NCBI GenBank assembly: GCA_965649825.1
Contig: OZ287706.1
Location: 186,001-250,000, forward strand
Direction: 5' to 3'
Length of the DNA: 64,000 nucleotides
Source of the DNA: Penicillus capitatus
Taxonomy: Eukaryota > Plantae > Chlorophyta
A program made the position numbers and the translations under genes. Positions 12,726 to 23,897 of the stretch are shown piece by piece (the stretch's first letter is position 1; each line of letters starts with the position of its first letter). The notes below the pieces were generated by a model. It saw only the letters and a program-made list of their open reading frames with translations. It did no database searches and had not been told where the DNA came from.

Positions 12726-13839
12726 ATGGAAGGCGCAAACGACGGGCATCACGACCGCGTCGTCTTATCCTTGGTTCTACGCTTCCTACACGAATCTGGA
12801 TATGACCGTGCGTATTCCACCTTAACACACGAGGTCGCAGCAGCCGCGCGTTTAGAACAGGTCCTGAGGTGACGCCTTAGGTGCCAGCAGCACCGGCGTG
12901 CGACAAATGTCTGCTTGGATAGGTTGATGTGGCGGAAACGCTCTCCTTGAGCAACGTTGTCCGTGACTACACAACGCTCTACGCAGAGAAACATGGACAT
13001 CCACCTCAGATGACGACCCACCGTAGCGAATACAAACCTGTCGAGACGTTGCCTCCATCGCCTCCACCATCACAAGCGGCTTTGCAGCTCCGCCTTCGAC
13101 CAGAAACGATCGTCGGAACGACGAAGCTCTTTGGCACAACGAACACCGTTTCGCAAGTAGCTGACAGCGAAGAGTGACCGTATTGAATGCGAAGCGGGGC
13201 TTGCCTGCCTGCCTTCGTTTAGGAGGATTTTTTTCGCGTTCTCTGCGCCAATCACGCACTGGATCCCGTAAATCTCTTCTACATCGAACTCCCTCTCTCC
13301 TGTGCTCGGCGTTTTCGTCCCTCTCAGCTAACGCTGACATCTATCCAAGAGCATCTGTTATACGGATTGGTCGGGTGTGCCGATGTCGGCTGGCGTCTCA
13401 GCAGTGTCAGCCAAACCTCCCGTGCCATTCTCGAAGACAAGTCACTCTTTATGTCACACAATTATCATCAACTTATGTACTGCGCCTTAGGTATGGCATT
13501 ACCAAGAAAATGCTGCAGCTTTTCTTTAAGAATCGCTGCCAACAGAAGCAGCGACGCAAGAGAAAGAAACCCGAAAAAGACGAGTCACGTGGCCCCCTGG
13601 ATCAGGATCCGGCACATCGCGAACTGCTGGAGAGTTTTCCACCGATTGCCCCGGCACCAGCTTCCGATCTCCTCCACGTCAATTCCTTACTCGAGATGGT
13701 GAAAGGGGAGGAATTCGATGGATCATCTTCCGATGTGCAGCACCACGTACCCACATCGTTGATGAATCCTCAGGCACTCGAAACCTATACCCCTGCTGCA
13801 CATCTCGCCTCTTCGACGACTCCTGCACAGCTGCCTTAA
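12726..13839 (+). CDS. LisH/KATNAL2-like N-terminal domain protein with a homeodomain-like helix motif
   Basis: MEGANDGHHDRVVLSLVLRFLHESGYDRAYSTLTHE (LisH)..VDVAETLSLSNVVRDYTTLYAEKHGHPP. An in-frame 66-nt intron (13157-13222) and later introns lead to QTSRAILEDKYGITKKMLQLFFKNRCQQKQRRKRKK. The join of the two halves is inferred from splice sites. Confidence 0.55.
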
Positions 13840-13896
13840 TACAATGCCATTAAATCGCATTGGACATAAGAATTGACACGCCATTGTGTAGAGAAG

Positions 13897-15005
13897 ATGA
13901 CCACACCGAGTGGCACCACGCGTCACCATGCGCTTGCTATCAAAACAAATGACGGCCGGGAGTCGGACTTCGATTTTCTGGCCGAACCGCCGGGTTACCA
14001 ACGTCACCTGATTCCGTTTAAGTGGGTGTTTCGCATTGCCATATTTGTCGTCCTCATCTCTCTCCTCGTCCTCGTCGTACGCATCGTCCTACGCCAATGG
14101 CGAAGACGAGACGCCGCATCGTAGATTGTGGACCTGAGCAAAACGCCGGACGATAAGTCGAATACGGCCGATGCGCTGAACGCGGCAAAATGCTTTTACA
14201 TTGTGGGTGGAGGCAAATTACCTGAGGGCGGAACTCTCGCCACGGATGACCTTCTCAGCTTCTCCTGTCTCAACTACTATCGCCATTACTTCGGAGACGT
14301 TCGTTTTTCATCCCACGGGTCATCGCTGGTGACGGGATGGGTGTGTAGGAAGGACAATACCAACAAGATACCGAAAGAGCCATTGCTGACGGGAAACGTC
14401 TCTTGAAGGATGTGGCGTATCAGAAGATGGTGGTCTTTGATATCGACGAGACAGCCCTGTCCAATATGCCTTTCTTAAAAACCCATGATTTCGCCCCGAC
14501 AGCAGAAGAGAGAAGAGAGTGGAACATTGGAGGCAAATCTCCGGCCATCGCTGCCACACTGCAATACTACAAAGCAAGAACGCGTCATCTGCCATTCACC
14601 GTACAGCCTGTGTGATCTATGGACAGGATCTGAGATCGCACGGATACGCGATCGCTTTCATCACAGGGCGCAATGAAAACGCGAGAAGCAGCACAGAAAG
14701 GAACCTCAAAGGCGCTGGATATGGAAGCAAATGTGCAACGTGCGATGTCTCGCTCTATAGATTGGCCTTCGGCATGCGTTTACAGGAGTCCTCCAAGCAC
14801 CGATGATATCTGCTATGAGCGCCTGATCATGCGCAAGGATGATTATCGCGATGCAATGGTCTACAAGAGCGCTGAGCGGAAGAAGCTGATGGATGAGGGA
14901 TTCGATATTGTGGGAGGTGTAGGGGATCAGTGGTCAGATCTGCTGGGCACCGATCGACCTCTTACGGTTATCAAAATGCCGAATCCCATCTATTTCATTC
15001 CCTGA
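13897..15005 (+). CDS. HAD class IIIB acid phosphatase (VSP/HAD-IIIB family) with N-terminal membrane anchor
   Basis: TM segment WVFRIAIFVVLISLLVLV; VVFDIDETALSN; FITGRNE; YKSAERKKL..IVGGVGDQWSDL..KMPNPIYFIP stop. Confidence 0.9.
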
Positions 15006-15305
15006 CATTACACAACCTCACTCTTTTGACAGAAACCTTTTTCTTCGAAATCAGAACATAGTACAATGAGGTCATGTTGCTGTTGCTGTTGAATAACATC
15101 GGTCTCAACAAACACTGTTCGTCAGATGAAGCTCGCCCTTTACTCCCAAAGGGCATTCCCATCGGGTATGCATCCGTTGGATTTATGGATCGGTTTTAAG
15201 TCATGAAAGAAAACCTAAGGCGAATTATTGCGTGTGTTGAGGGGATGATGCATTAAATCCCCAGCAATCGTCGAACAAAACTCTCCGGAGGTGCCTAGAG
15301 CAGGA

Positions 15306-16692
15306 TCAGAGTGAGCAGAGCGCCTTTGGTGCGGGAAAGGCTGTTCTTGCCGCTTCTTTGAGTTCTGTCACGATATCACTCAGTTCCGTGACGATCCAGT
15401 CAAAAGAGGGACGTTGCGATGGATCAAATTTCAGAACCCTGTCCAGCAAAGTATTGAGTCGCGGATGAATATCGCGCGGAAAAGACGGCTTCAGTTTTCC
15501 CTCGCTGACACCCACAGCAACCTGCACCGGCGTCAAATAGTTTCCTTGATAGGGCAGACTCTTCATCACCAGGCACCTATTAAGTCAACATCGAGATGAA
15601 AAGAGTGATGTCACACTTTGGTAATGAGTTCGCATGTGAGGACACCCCAGCTCCAGACATCCGTCGATGTATGATAGGTCTCGTGTTTGATCATTTCTGG
15701 TGACATGTAAACGTATGTGCCTGTCTCGCCCGTCAATGAGGCAATGCCTTCTGGATTCATGCGTCGTGCCAGACCAAAATCTCCGATTCTCGCTGTGCCG
15801 TTGTCGTCCATAAAAATGTTGCTCGGCTTCAGATCACGGTGCACGATGGCCGGCTGACATTTTGAACAGGCTTCCATTCCCTGTGCCACATCGAGGGCAC
15901 GTTCCAGTCGTGTCAGCAGCGATCTGGGCTTGGCCTTGTCTCCGTGAAGCCAAGCGGCCAATGTTCCACCCGACATGTACTCGCAGATCAGCCAGCAGCG
16001 CTCGGGTCGTTCCAAACAGGCACCGACGAAAGGAAGGATGTTTGGGTGACGGAGAGCAGATAGGGCCTCAATCTCACGAAAAAAACTAACTTGGTCTTGA
16101 CAGCTCTCCACACGAACACACTTGACACAGACTCGGGCCCCGTGCCATTTCGCTAGATGTGTCTTCCCGAACATCCCTTCCCCTAAGACGTCCATAAGAG
16201 TGACCTGTGGTCAAAGAGTGAGATTCGGTGGAAAGAGTGCGTGATGACTTCGGAGGAGGAAATGAACCAACTGGCAATGAGGCCACGTTCGACGAGTGAA
16301 GAGACCAAAACGCCGTCGCGTTTGAAATCGTCCTCGGAAATGTTGCTCGTTATCTCTTGGCAGATTTTCTGCAGCTCCTCGGTGTCCACTTCCGTCCCAA
16401 ATGGCGTCATCTCTCGGCGGCATTTCTGCAACGTCTCTGTCAGCAACGCAGAGCGTCGTCGCCAAGCTTCCTTCTCTTTCTTCATCGTGGCCAGCTGATC
16501 CGTCAGCTCCTCCACTTTCGCATCGAGATGCTTGTTCACATCTCTGTACGTCTGTATAAGCAACTGCAGGTCTCCTGGACTGCAGAATTCCGTGAGATGG
16601 AGGATGGTGTGGGTCTGTTTACGAGTGGTTTTGTAACATGGGCGACTGCGAAGGCGAGGAAGAAGCGTGGACGTCGTTGCCTTTATCGCCAT
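15306..16692 (-). CDS. TKL/Raf-like Ser/Thr/Tyr protein kinase with N-terminal coiled coil
   Basis: GEGMFG, VCVK, HPNILPFVGAC, HRDLKPSN, DFGLAR, GTYVYMSPE, DVWSWGV, RPSFDWI. Confidence 0.92.
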
Positions 16693-16846
16693 TGTCTATA
16701 CAAACAGAGTTCGGTCGTGGCGGCGTCGAAGTGTCGTCCCGGATGCCATCATCTATCCCGTCGGCCATTGGACGTTACAAAACGAACCCGCGAACGCAGA
16801 GCGTCAGAACATGACGTCACATCACTCTTTGGTTAGGAAAAGCGTC

Positions 16847-17469
16847 TCATTGATTGAGATCGTCCAGTACATTATCAATCTCGGCGTCGAGTGCCCAAGC
16901 TTGACGAGAGAGGATCCCTTCGTCACCCGATGCCACCACAGGACGCGCAGGAAGCGGCACTAGGAACCACAATGGTGCGCAATGCACTGTGTAGAGACTA
17001 GGTAACTTGGCAGAGGTTCGAGGGATGCGGCCGTGCGTTGACGGTACTGACGCAAGAGATCCTTCGCCAAAGTGTGACCAGGGCAGACCGACAGGAGCTT
17101 ATACCTGGCACTCCTTGCTCTGACCCAGTTTTGCAATTCTCTGGACAAAGTCTTCGAAGGACCCGATGGGAAAAAACTTCTTCCGCCATTGGTCGTACAG
17201 ACTGAGCAGCACGCTCATATCGTGTCCCTCGTGTCCAACGCCGCGCACGTTGGATGCAAAAGAGCGTTGAAAATTGACGTAGATATCTTCCAGTCCAAGA
17301 TTCGGATTCTACACAGCATCGTCCTCCGTGGCGACATCTTGAAACGCACGTTTGGCACTCGAAGCTGTTCGATCGTCAGCTTGGGACGTGGCTTCCGCGT
17401 CGAGATGCGTTCGGCATTGTCCGTCTTCGTCGTCGTCGGCGCCGTCGGAACAGATGACGTCTCTTGCAT
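16847..17469 (-). CDS. TIPIN: TIPIN/Swi3/Csm3 replication-fork protection protein (missed by the ORF track because of introns)
   Basis: RKPRPKLTIEQLR/NPNLGLEDIYVNF..GVGHEGHDMSVLLSLYDQWRKKFFPIGSFEDFVQRIAKLG matches the Swi3 domain pattern GHE..DL..LL..Y..W...FP...F.DF....KLG. Termini approximate. Confidence 0.8.
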
Positions 17470-17508
17470 CGTTGCGTCCAAAGGAATGTCATCTGAGGCA
17501 TTAACCGA

Positions 17509-18359
17509 ATGCAGGCCCTGCGTGGTGGCTGTCGCCTACAGCGATATCTCCGCCATGCGCGTTGCTGGGCGTCATTGCCTTCTACGAGAAAGCGCCTGAG
17601 AGATGGAAGCTGCTGCGAAGCGACGGGTGTCGGTAGAGGAGCAATCCGTCGCAACATGGTCTGCCAGGCCACTCGTGTGGTTTTCTGTCGCGAGTGTGGA
17701 TATACGTTGACGAAACAGATTCCTCCAGATGACACAAGGGAACGCTTCGTCTGCCCTCGATGCGGCTACATCGAATATCACAATCCCAAAATTGTATCAC
17801 ACATTTCTCACTCTTTTGTCATGAAACGTCTCATCAGGTTGTGGGATGCGTCGTGGAGCATGAGGATCGCATTTTGCTCTGCTCTAGAGGCATTGACCCA
17901 TGCAAGGGGCTGTGGACATTGCCGGCCGGATATTTAGAAATCGGAGAATCGACGGCATCTGGCGCGGCGCGCGAGACACTTGAAGAAGCCAATGCGAAGG
18001 TGTCGGTACAGTCCATGCTTTCTATGTTTGATGTCCCCATCATTGGGCAATGTCACATCTACTATCGGGCGACATTGGAATCGCCCTTTCATTTCTCTCC
18101 TGGACCCGAAACGCTGCACACCGAACTCATCAAACCGGAAGAGATCGATTTTGGCAAGGTAGAAATCGACAATGGCGTGCGAAAGTGTGATCACGTAATG
18201 CAGATTGCGTTCACGACCGTCATGGAAACGATCAAAGCTTACACCAGCGATCGTCAATCTGGCCAATATCGATTTCACCATGGAGTGATTGTCCGAAAAG
18301 CAGACGCATTGCCGAACGATGCCTCGGGATACAAACTCGAAAACTACACCGTCCAATAA
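17509..18359 (+). CDS. Nudix hydrolase with N-terminal zinc ribbon (NUDT23-like)
   Basis: FCRECG..FVCPRCGYIEYHNPK, LCSRGIDPCKGLWTLPAGYLEIGESTASGAARETLEEA (Nudix box); stop TAA 18357-18359. Confidence 0.92.
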
Positions 18360-18585
18360 CGCACTCTTCAATTCTTACTCAATCCCTCACTCTTCTTACT
18401 CACTCTCTCACTCTTCTCAAAGTATTCCTACTTTGCACGACTTGAGTGTAGTATATCCTTGCAGAGGTGATCACACTTTCAGGGGGGCAGCAAAGATGTA
18501 GTAGCCGCTTCCGACGCCGATACTGTTGCAGTGTATCGACTGGAATGAAAGGAGGTAGAGATGGTTACCAGCACGCCAGGAGGAA

Positions 18586-19275
18586 GTGATATCTCATGTG
18601 TCTTCGGTAAAACATCTTCGCACGATGATCATTCGCGTTTTTCGTTCACCAGCAATGCGCTGCGTCAAGCGCGTCAGTCTGAGGCGTCTTTGGCGGCCGG
18701 GGCGTTTTCGGTCGGCGCGACTGCCGTGGGAATTCGGTTTCCAACTCAACGAGCGTTATCTCAAATGGAACGACAGTGCCCAAGCGCAGCTCGTCAAACT
18801 TGTCGTGCAGGATAAACTGCAGCTGTCGAGAGCGCAGCTTCAGATGCGTCTGAATGAACTTACAGTCATTCTGCCAGATCTGACCGAGAGATTAGATACC
18901 TTAACGGTGCCCCTTCTATCCGACCTCCTGCGCGATCCAGAAGAGATCGCCAACAGAGTTCTATTACTTAAGACGCTGTTACCCAATCTCAACCTGGGCC
19001 ACGCTGTTCGGCGCTACCCTGAACTCGTCGCCTGTCATACCGAATCCGAATTGCAGGAACACGTCGACCGACTGCGAGACGCCTTTCATGGCGATGCCTT
19101 CCAAGTCGGTGAACTGCTCACCAAAGAGCCGCGCTGTTTGAAGGTCGATATCGACGAGGTGCTTAAGGAAGTCCAACGACTCATGCCAGACTGCCCCGAT
19201 CCTATGGAGCTGTTCAAGCGCGACCCTGGCCAGTTCCTGTCGATGGAGCAGATGGGCTTGGAGTCAACGAATTGA
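18586..19275 (+). CDS. Hypothetical helical protein, possibly organelle-targeted
   Basis: Uninterrupted 229-aa ORF with a basic N-terminal transit-like segment and an amphipathic helical body; no family recognised. Confidence 0.65.
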   Translation: MISHVSSVKHLRTMIIRVFRSPAMRCVKRVSLRRLWRPGRFRSARLPWEFGFQLNERYLKWNDSAQAQLVKLVVQDKLQLSRAQLQMRLNELTVILPDLTERLDTLTVPLLSDLLRDPEEIANRVLLLKTLLPNLNLGHAVRRYPELVACHTESELQEHVDRLRDAFHGDAFQVGELLTKEPRCLKVDIDEVLKEVQRLMPDCPDPMELFKRDPGQFLSMEQMGLESTN

Positions 19276-19308
19276 GTGAGAGACGATCGAAAGCGGCAGA
19301 GATTTGCA

Positions 19309-21490
19309 TTATTGACGTGACAGACATTCTTTGTAAGTGTACGGAATTGTGTAATCCGCTTTGCAGACTCCAGAGCAGGCAGTTTCAAAGTATCCAATAC
19401 AGCGGTCTTCGACAGATGGTCCCCTGTTGAGACAACCCTTGGGCGTGCAGCACAGACGGGCTTCGTGCATGTACTCGACTTCGAGTCCCAAGAGCCAGAC
19501 ACCTGAAAAGCACACCGTCAGCGATCGTCACAGAAAAGAGCAATGCGTCTACCTACAGAGACGTCGTCATTCGCATAGAAATGCATGACGTCGGCGTTTT
19601 GGGCGAGGTAACGTGCCACGAGTTGTGAGACGCCGAGCAGCTGGCGATGCGCATGACGGGGATAGTTCGCTTTGCGTTCGCTTCCCTGTGCATCACCAAA
19701 TTTCCAGTGCTCTGGTTCGTGCCACTTCTGCCGGGCACTGCGCACCACTTCTCCTGATTTCATACATCCCTAACACAGGCAGACCGACAACCCTTTGACA
19801 CTCCATCTTCGCAAACGGCAGCAAAGAGACCATGTAGAGATTGCCTTTGACTTTAAGCGGCGTCAAGAACGCGGCGAGGGCATCGATATCGATCACGGTG
19901 TCTTTGTCGGCCTATCATACCAAGACGACATTCTGGCGGCACTCGATGACAACAGGTAGGTGACTTTGAACACGAAGTCGACATCGTATGCAAAGGCGAC
20001 GGCAGAAAAGAAGGCCAATGTCTTTTTGGCGGGGTCCTCGAAGCCTCGCATGTCGACAACGAGAATATCACCATGACGGTCTTTCTCTTCCCGAATCGCC
20101 TTCATCTCTTTCTCTGTCATCCAATCACTGCCCGAAGAGCGACCCGATGGAGGAGAGGAGAAAGCAGAATGTGTTTACTTCTTGCCGATGACAAAACGAA
20201 TGATGATCCCTTTCGCTTCGGCCGTGCGGTTCAACTCCGCTCCCTGCGGAAACCAAGCACGGCGTTGAACATCGCGGCTGTGGATGTCGTTGGGGTTGGA
20301 GATGAGCCCAACGAACGCCAGGTATTTATTATCCGTCTTCGGTTTGGAAAACGTATGCACCAGTTCCGTCTTGATCACTTTCTGTGGAAGAGGAAACAAA
20401 TGATATGTGATGTTCGGCGTCGCAGACCAGACCTGCCAGATCCCTCTTGTGTGCAGCTGTTCGTAGAGCGCAGCGACTTGGGCATTGCGTGCGCGAATAA
20501 CGGCGTCTTTACGCTTGACGGCATCACTCAGTCCAGGTGTCGTCGACGATTCCACAAATCTCTGTGGAGATGAATTGAGTTCTTTTCGCCACAGGCCATC
20601 GCCACTGTACACAAACGCCCGTAACTGTCATCCACGCATCCTCAGTCGCACGCAGCGTCAATAGAGATGGGTGTGTGCACGTGATAGAGCCCTTCATTGA
20701 GTCGTGGCATCTGGAATTTGAACGCAACGTTGCGCACATCCTCGTCATCCTTGCCAATGTTCGCCGGTCCTGCGCAGATGCGATCGACGAGGGGATGCTG
20801 CGCACGGCCTTCCGTGAAGATACTCCCGATGAGAACTTCGTTCACAAAGAACTTGACTTGAAGAGAGACATCTTGACTCCCCTTATGACACGCCCATCCC
20901 GAGATAAAACCGTCTTCGATCAGATCGACTTGACCCAGAATCGGTGGCATACGCGAATCATCCTCATCCACACCCACTACGGCAACAAGAGTGTCTCCAG
21001 AGATGCGCCTTCGATGACTAATCACTGCCTGTCTGGATGTTCTCGTCATCGAGGCGTATCATCTGTTCTCCGGTGGGCAGATCTTCGAGATGAGCAGGTT
21101 GGACGTTGATGAAAGGCACTTCCAAGATGCTCGTCTCTTCGGCAGGGGTCTTTTCGCAGCGACTGGTGAGATTCTTCAAATCGCCAAGGCGTTGGATGCC
21201 AGCCTCGTTCAGGGTCTGCCGAATGTGATTGCGTTCGCTTGTCACGACCTGCAGCTGGTTTTGCTGTAGACGATAGCACGTCACATCACGTGAGAGAGGT
21301 GTGGAGAGATTTACCAGATAAGTGATTTCGCGGGTCAGGCGCGAAAGCCTGCAGAAAGGTCAACCTTGTCGAGACACAATGCGCTTGGGATATCTTACCG
21401 TTCTCCAACGAAGACCGTCGCGACGAGGCTGACGAAAATGAGCACGAGGGGAGAGAAGCCATTTCCTCGACCGTTATTTCCAGTCGCCAT
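19309..21490 (-). CDS. GT31 beta-1,3-galactosyltransferase (type II membrane) with an extra beta-sandwich-like stem domain
   Basis: MATGNNGRGNGFSPLVLIFVSLVATVFVGER anchor; AFVGLIS..RRAWFPQG..IIIRFVIGK; VFK/ADKDTV; MKSGEV..WHEPEHWKFGD..YPRHA; YANDDVSVG/VWLLGLEV..LCC..CSGVCK. Confidence 0.88.
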
Positions 21491-21660
21491 AAAGGGAACA
21501 AAGAATCGTCAATTATCGCACGTCCAGTGCCCACTATCTACTGTAACGCTTTCAAACGTCCCATCACCATCATCGTGCACACATTCCTGTCATCCGATCA
21601 ACCGAGAGCAAAGAGACCCCCACGAGACACATCCCATAAACGTGCTCCAATGCCGATCCT

Positions 21661-23357
21661 TCATCCTCTTTCTTCTGAAATGGGCAGTTTTTCCATACAC
21701 AGTTTCTTCAGCAATATCTCGTGTGGTTTGAGAAGATAGGAATCCACCTCCGCATCGGACACGGCATTGCTTAACTTCGCTGCTTTTCTAGGCGGTGCAA
21801 CAGGATTCGATGGTTTTCTTTTGGATTCTTTCTTAGATGTCCAGTTGTAACATCCTTTGCGGATTTCCGCGACATCTCCTGTGAAGCGCTTGAAGGGGAG
21901 AGAGAAGTGGTACCCCATAACTTTCCCTTGGTGCTGCATTCTGGAGGTGCCACTGTAAGAACAGAGCTCCTCTTGTCCTTCTTTTTGTCTCTTTGCGTTG
22001 ATTGTTTGCAGAAAACGGTCGAAACCGCGTTTTCGTTTTGCCTGTCTTACACGTGTCCTTTCTGAGACGCTCTTGTTTTCGGCATCCGTCTGACAAACAC
22101 TCCTTCCCAGCTGGCATCTTGCCAGAGACATCCGTAATCTGATCCTCTCCTGAATCGAGGATTCTGTGCGAAGCTGCCGAGTCCAGGGCGATAATTCCTG
22201 AAGCTCCACACGTTTAGCGTTTCTTTTGTCCGACTGTCTTTTCTCGGACCCGAGTCTACCCTCTCTGCGATCCTCCTTCGTCTTCTGCAAAGCGTTGCTC
22301 ATGCTATTGGGAGCAGAAGAGATAGGTGCACGTGTTGATGCTCGTGGACGGCATGGATCTGCTGGTAATAGTCTTTGAGAAGGGGAAGATGATGTTCGAT
22401 ATTTCGAATCGTGATCGATGGCATTGCTCCAGGAATTCTGGAACAGAGACTAACAAGGTGCTGTCTCACTTTTCTATAATGCTGATGGAAAACGGAAGAG
22501 CGCATGCCAAATCGCTGACAGATCCATGAGTGCGTATCGGCGTCCATTCTGCCACCTGCTGACTGACACCAAGCCACATAGATTGCCGCAACTGTACGCA
22601 ACACCCACTTCTAAGAATCGAGCGACAGAGAAGCATACCCGAAAGAAAGACAGGATTGCCAAAACGGCAGTTGATTTCTGCTTGGACAAAGAAGTGCGCC
22701 ATTGCTAAACACTCATCTCGGAATGCGTGTCCTTTTGCTGCCAGATGGCGTGCACAGTGATCCGTTGCATCTTTCTGAATGTCCTGCAGGCAACGATCCA
22801 TCAGCTGACTCAGCGAGAGGGATGGCAACGTCCACTGCGCATGAAGGCTCAATGATCTGTTTTCTTATGTCAGGGTGATGGAATAGAGAAGCTCGATTTC
22901 ACTTGTAGTGTCTGTTGAAGGTTGATGGACGCACGCCGACGACGGCCGCCATTTCCGGCATCGTCAACGGGATGTCGCAATGCCGACAGGCAGCGAACAG
23001 AAGAACGCCGGATAGCAGTTTCCTTCCGAAGATGCGCTTGCGATGCACATCGCTTGTCTCGAGGAACAGCGACTTGGCTTCGGATATCACACGAAAAGGC
23101 AGATGGAGGCTGTGAGCCGTTGCGTCGATTGTCTCAAACCAGCGCTTTTCGCGCAGAACGCCTCTCTTAGTGAGGATCGTGGACGCGTGTTGCTCAGCGG
23201 GAAGACGAATGTGCCCGCTGCCAGGAAAACAAGTTTCTTCGACGAAGTATGTAACGGATTCGTCGACGCGACCACAGGAAGAACACGCGTAGATGCCGGC
23301 AACAGCATCGAGAATGACTTTGCCCTTCGAACAATGACGACATCGTTGGTGCTCCAT
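21661..23357 (-). CDS. TFIIB-family factor, BRF-like (TFIIIB subunit)
   Basis: Zn ribbon MEHQRCRHC..YACSSCG; cyclin-fold core with LFAACRHCDIPLT; C-terminal SDAEVDSYLLKPHEILLKK resembling the BRF1 TBP-binding motif. Confidence 0.8.
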
Positions 23358-23897
23358 TAACGACGCGAATGAAGTGTCGGTCGAAGAAGAAGCGATCTTG
23401 TGGAAGCACCCTCTTTGGCGAGTCGAGGTTGCAATGCAAGAAGCGCGAGGAGCACGATAAGCAGCTACGCACGGAGCTTGGGTCTGTTCGAGAAAGATGC
23501 TTTTTGTGTATCGAGTCGTCAAGAGAAGTTGGCGGAATCGTCAAAGGTCACCGGGATTGGATTCGCGTTTTTTGTCGACGAAGAGACAGGCGTCGTGAGA
23601 AGCCTCGTCCCCTTCCTCTCCATTCCGATTCGTTGTCTCCTAGCTTTCTGCCGCTGTCATTTCTTGGCAGATTTCGACATCCCCGTACTCTATGCCGATC
23701 GACCGCCGCCACTATCTCTCCCTTCCGTTTAGGCACAGCACTCGCCTCTCTTCTTTCGAGGGCACTGTGGCGTCTTTCACAACAAGTCGACCAAGTTTTT
23801 CAGTCAATACTCCTTTGCATTCCGTCCCTTTGAACGCTTTGTCCTTTTCGGCTGGCATTGTCTTTGCTCGCCGACATCGTACGTCATAAGGCATTCA

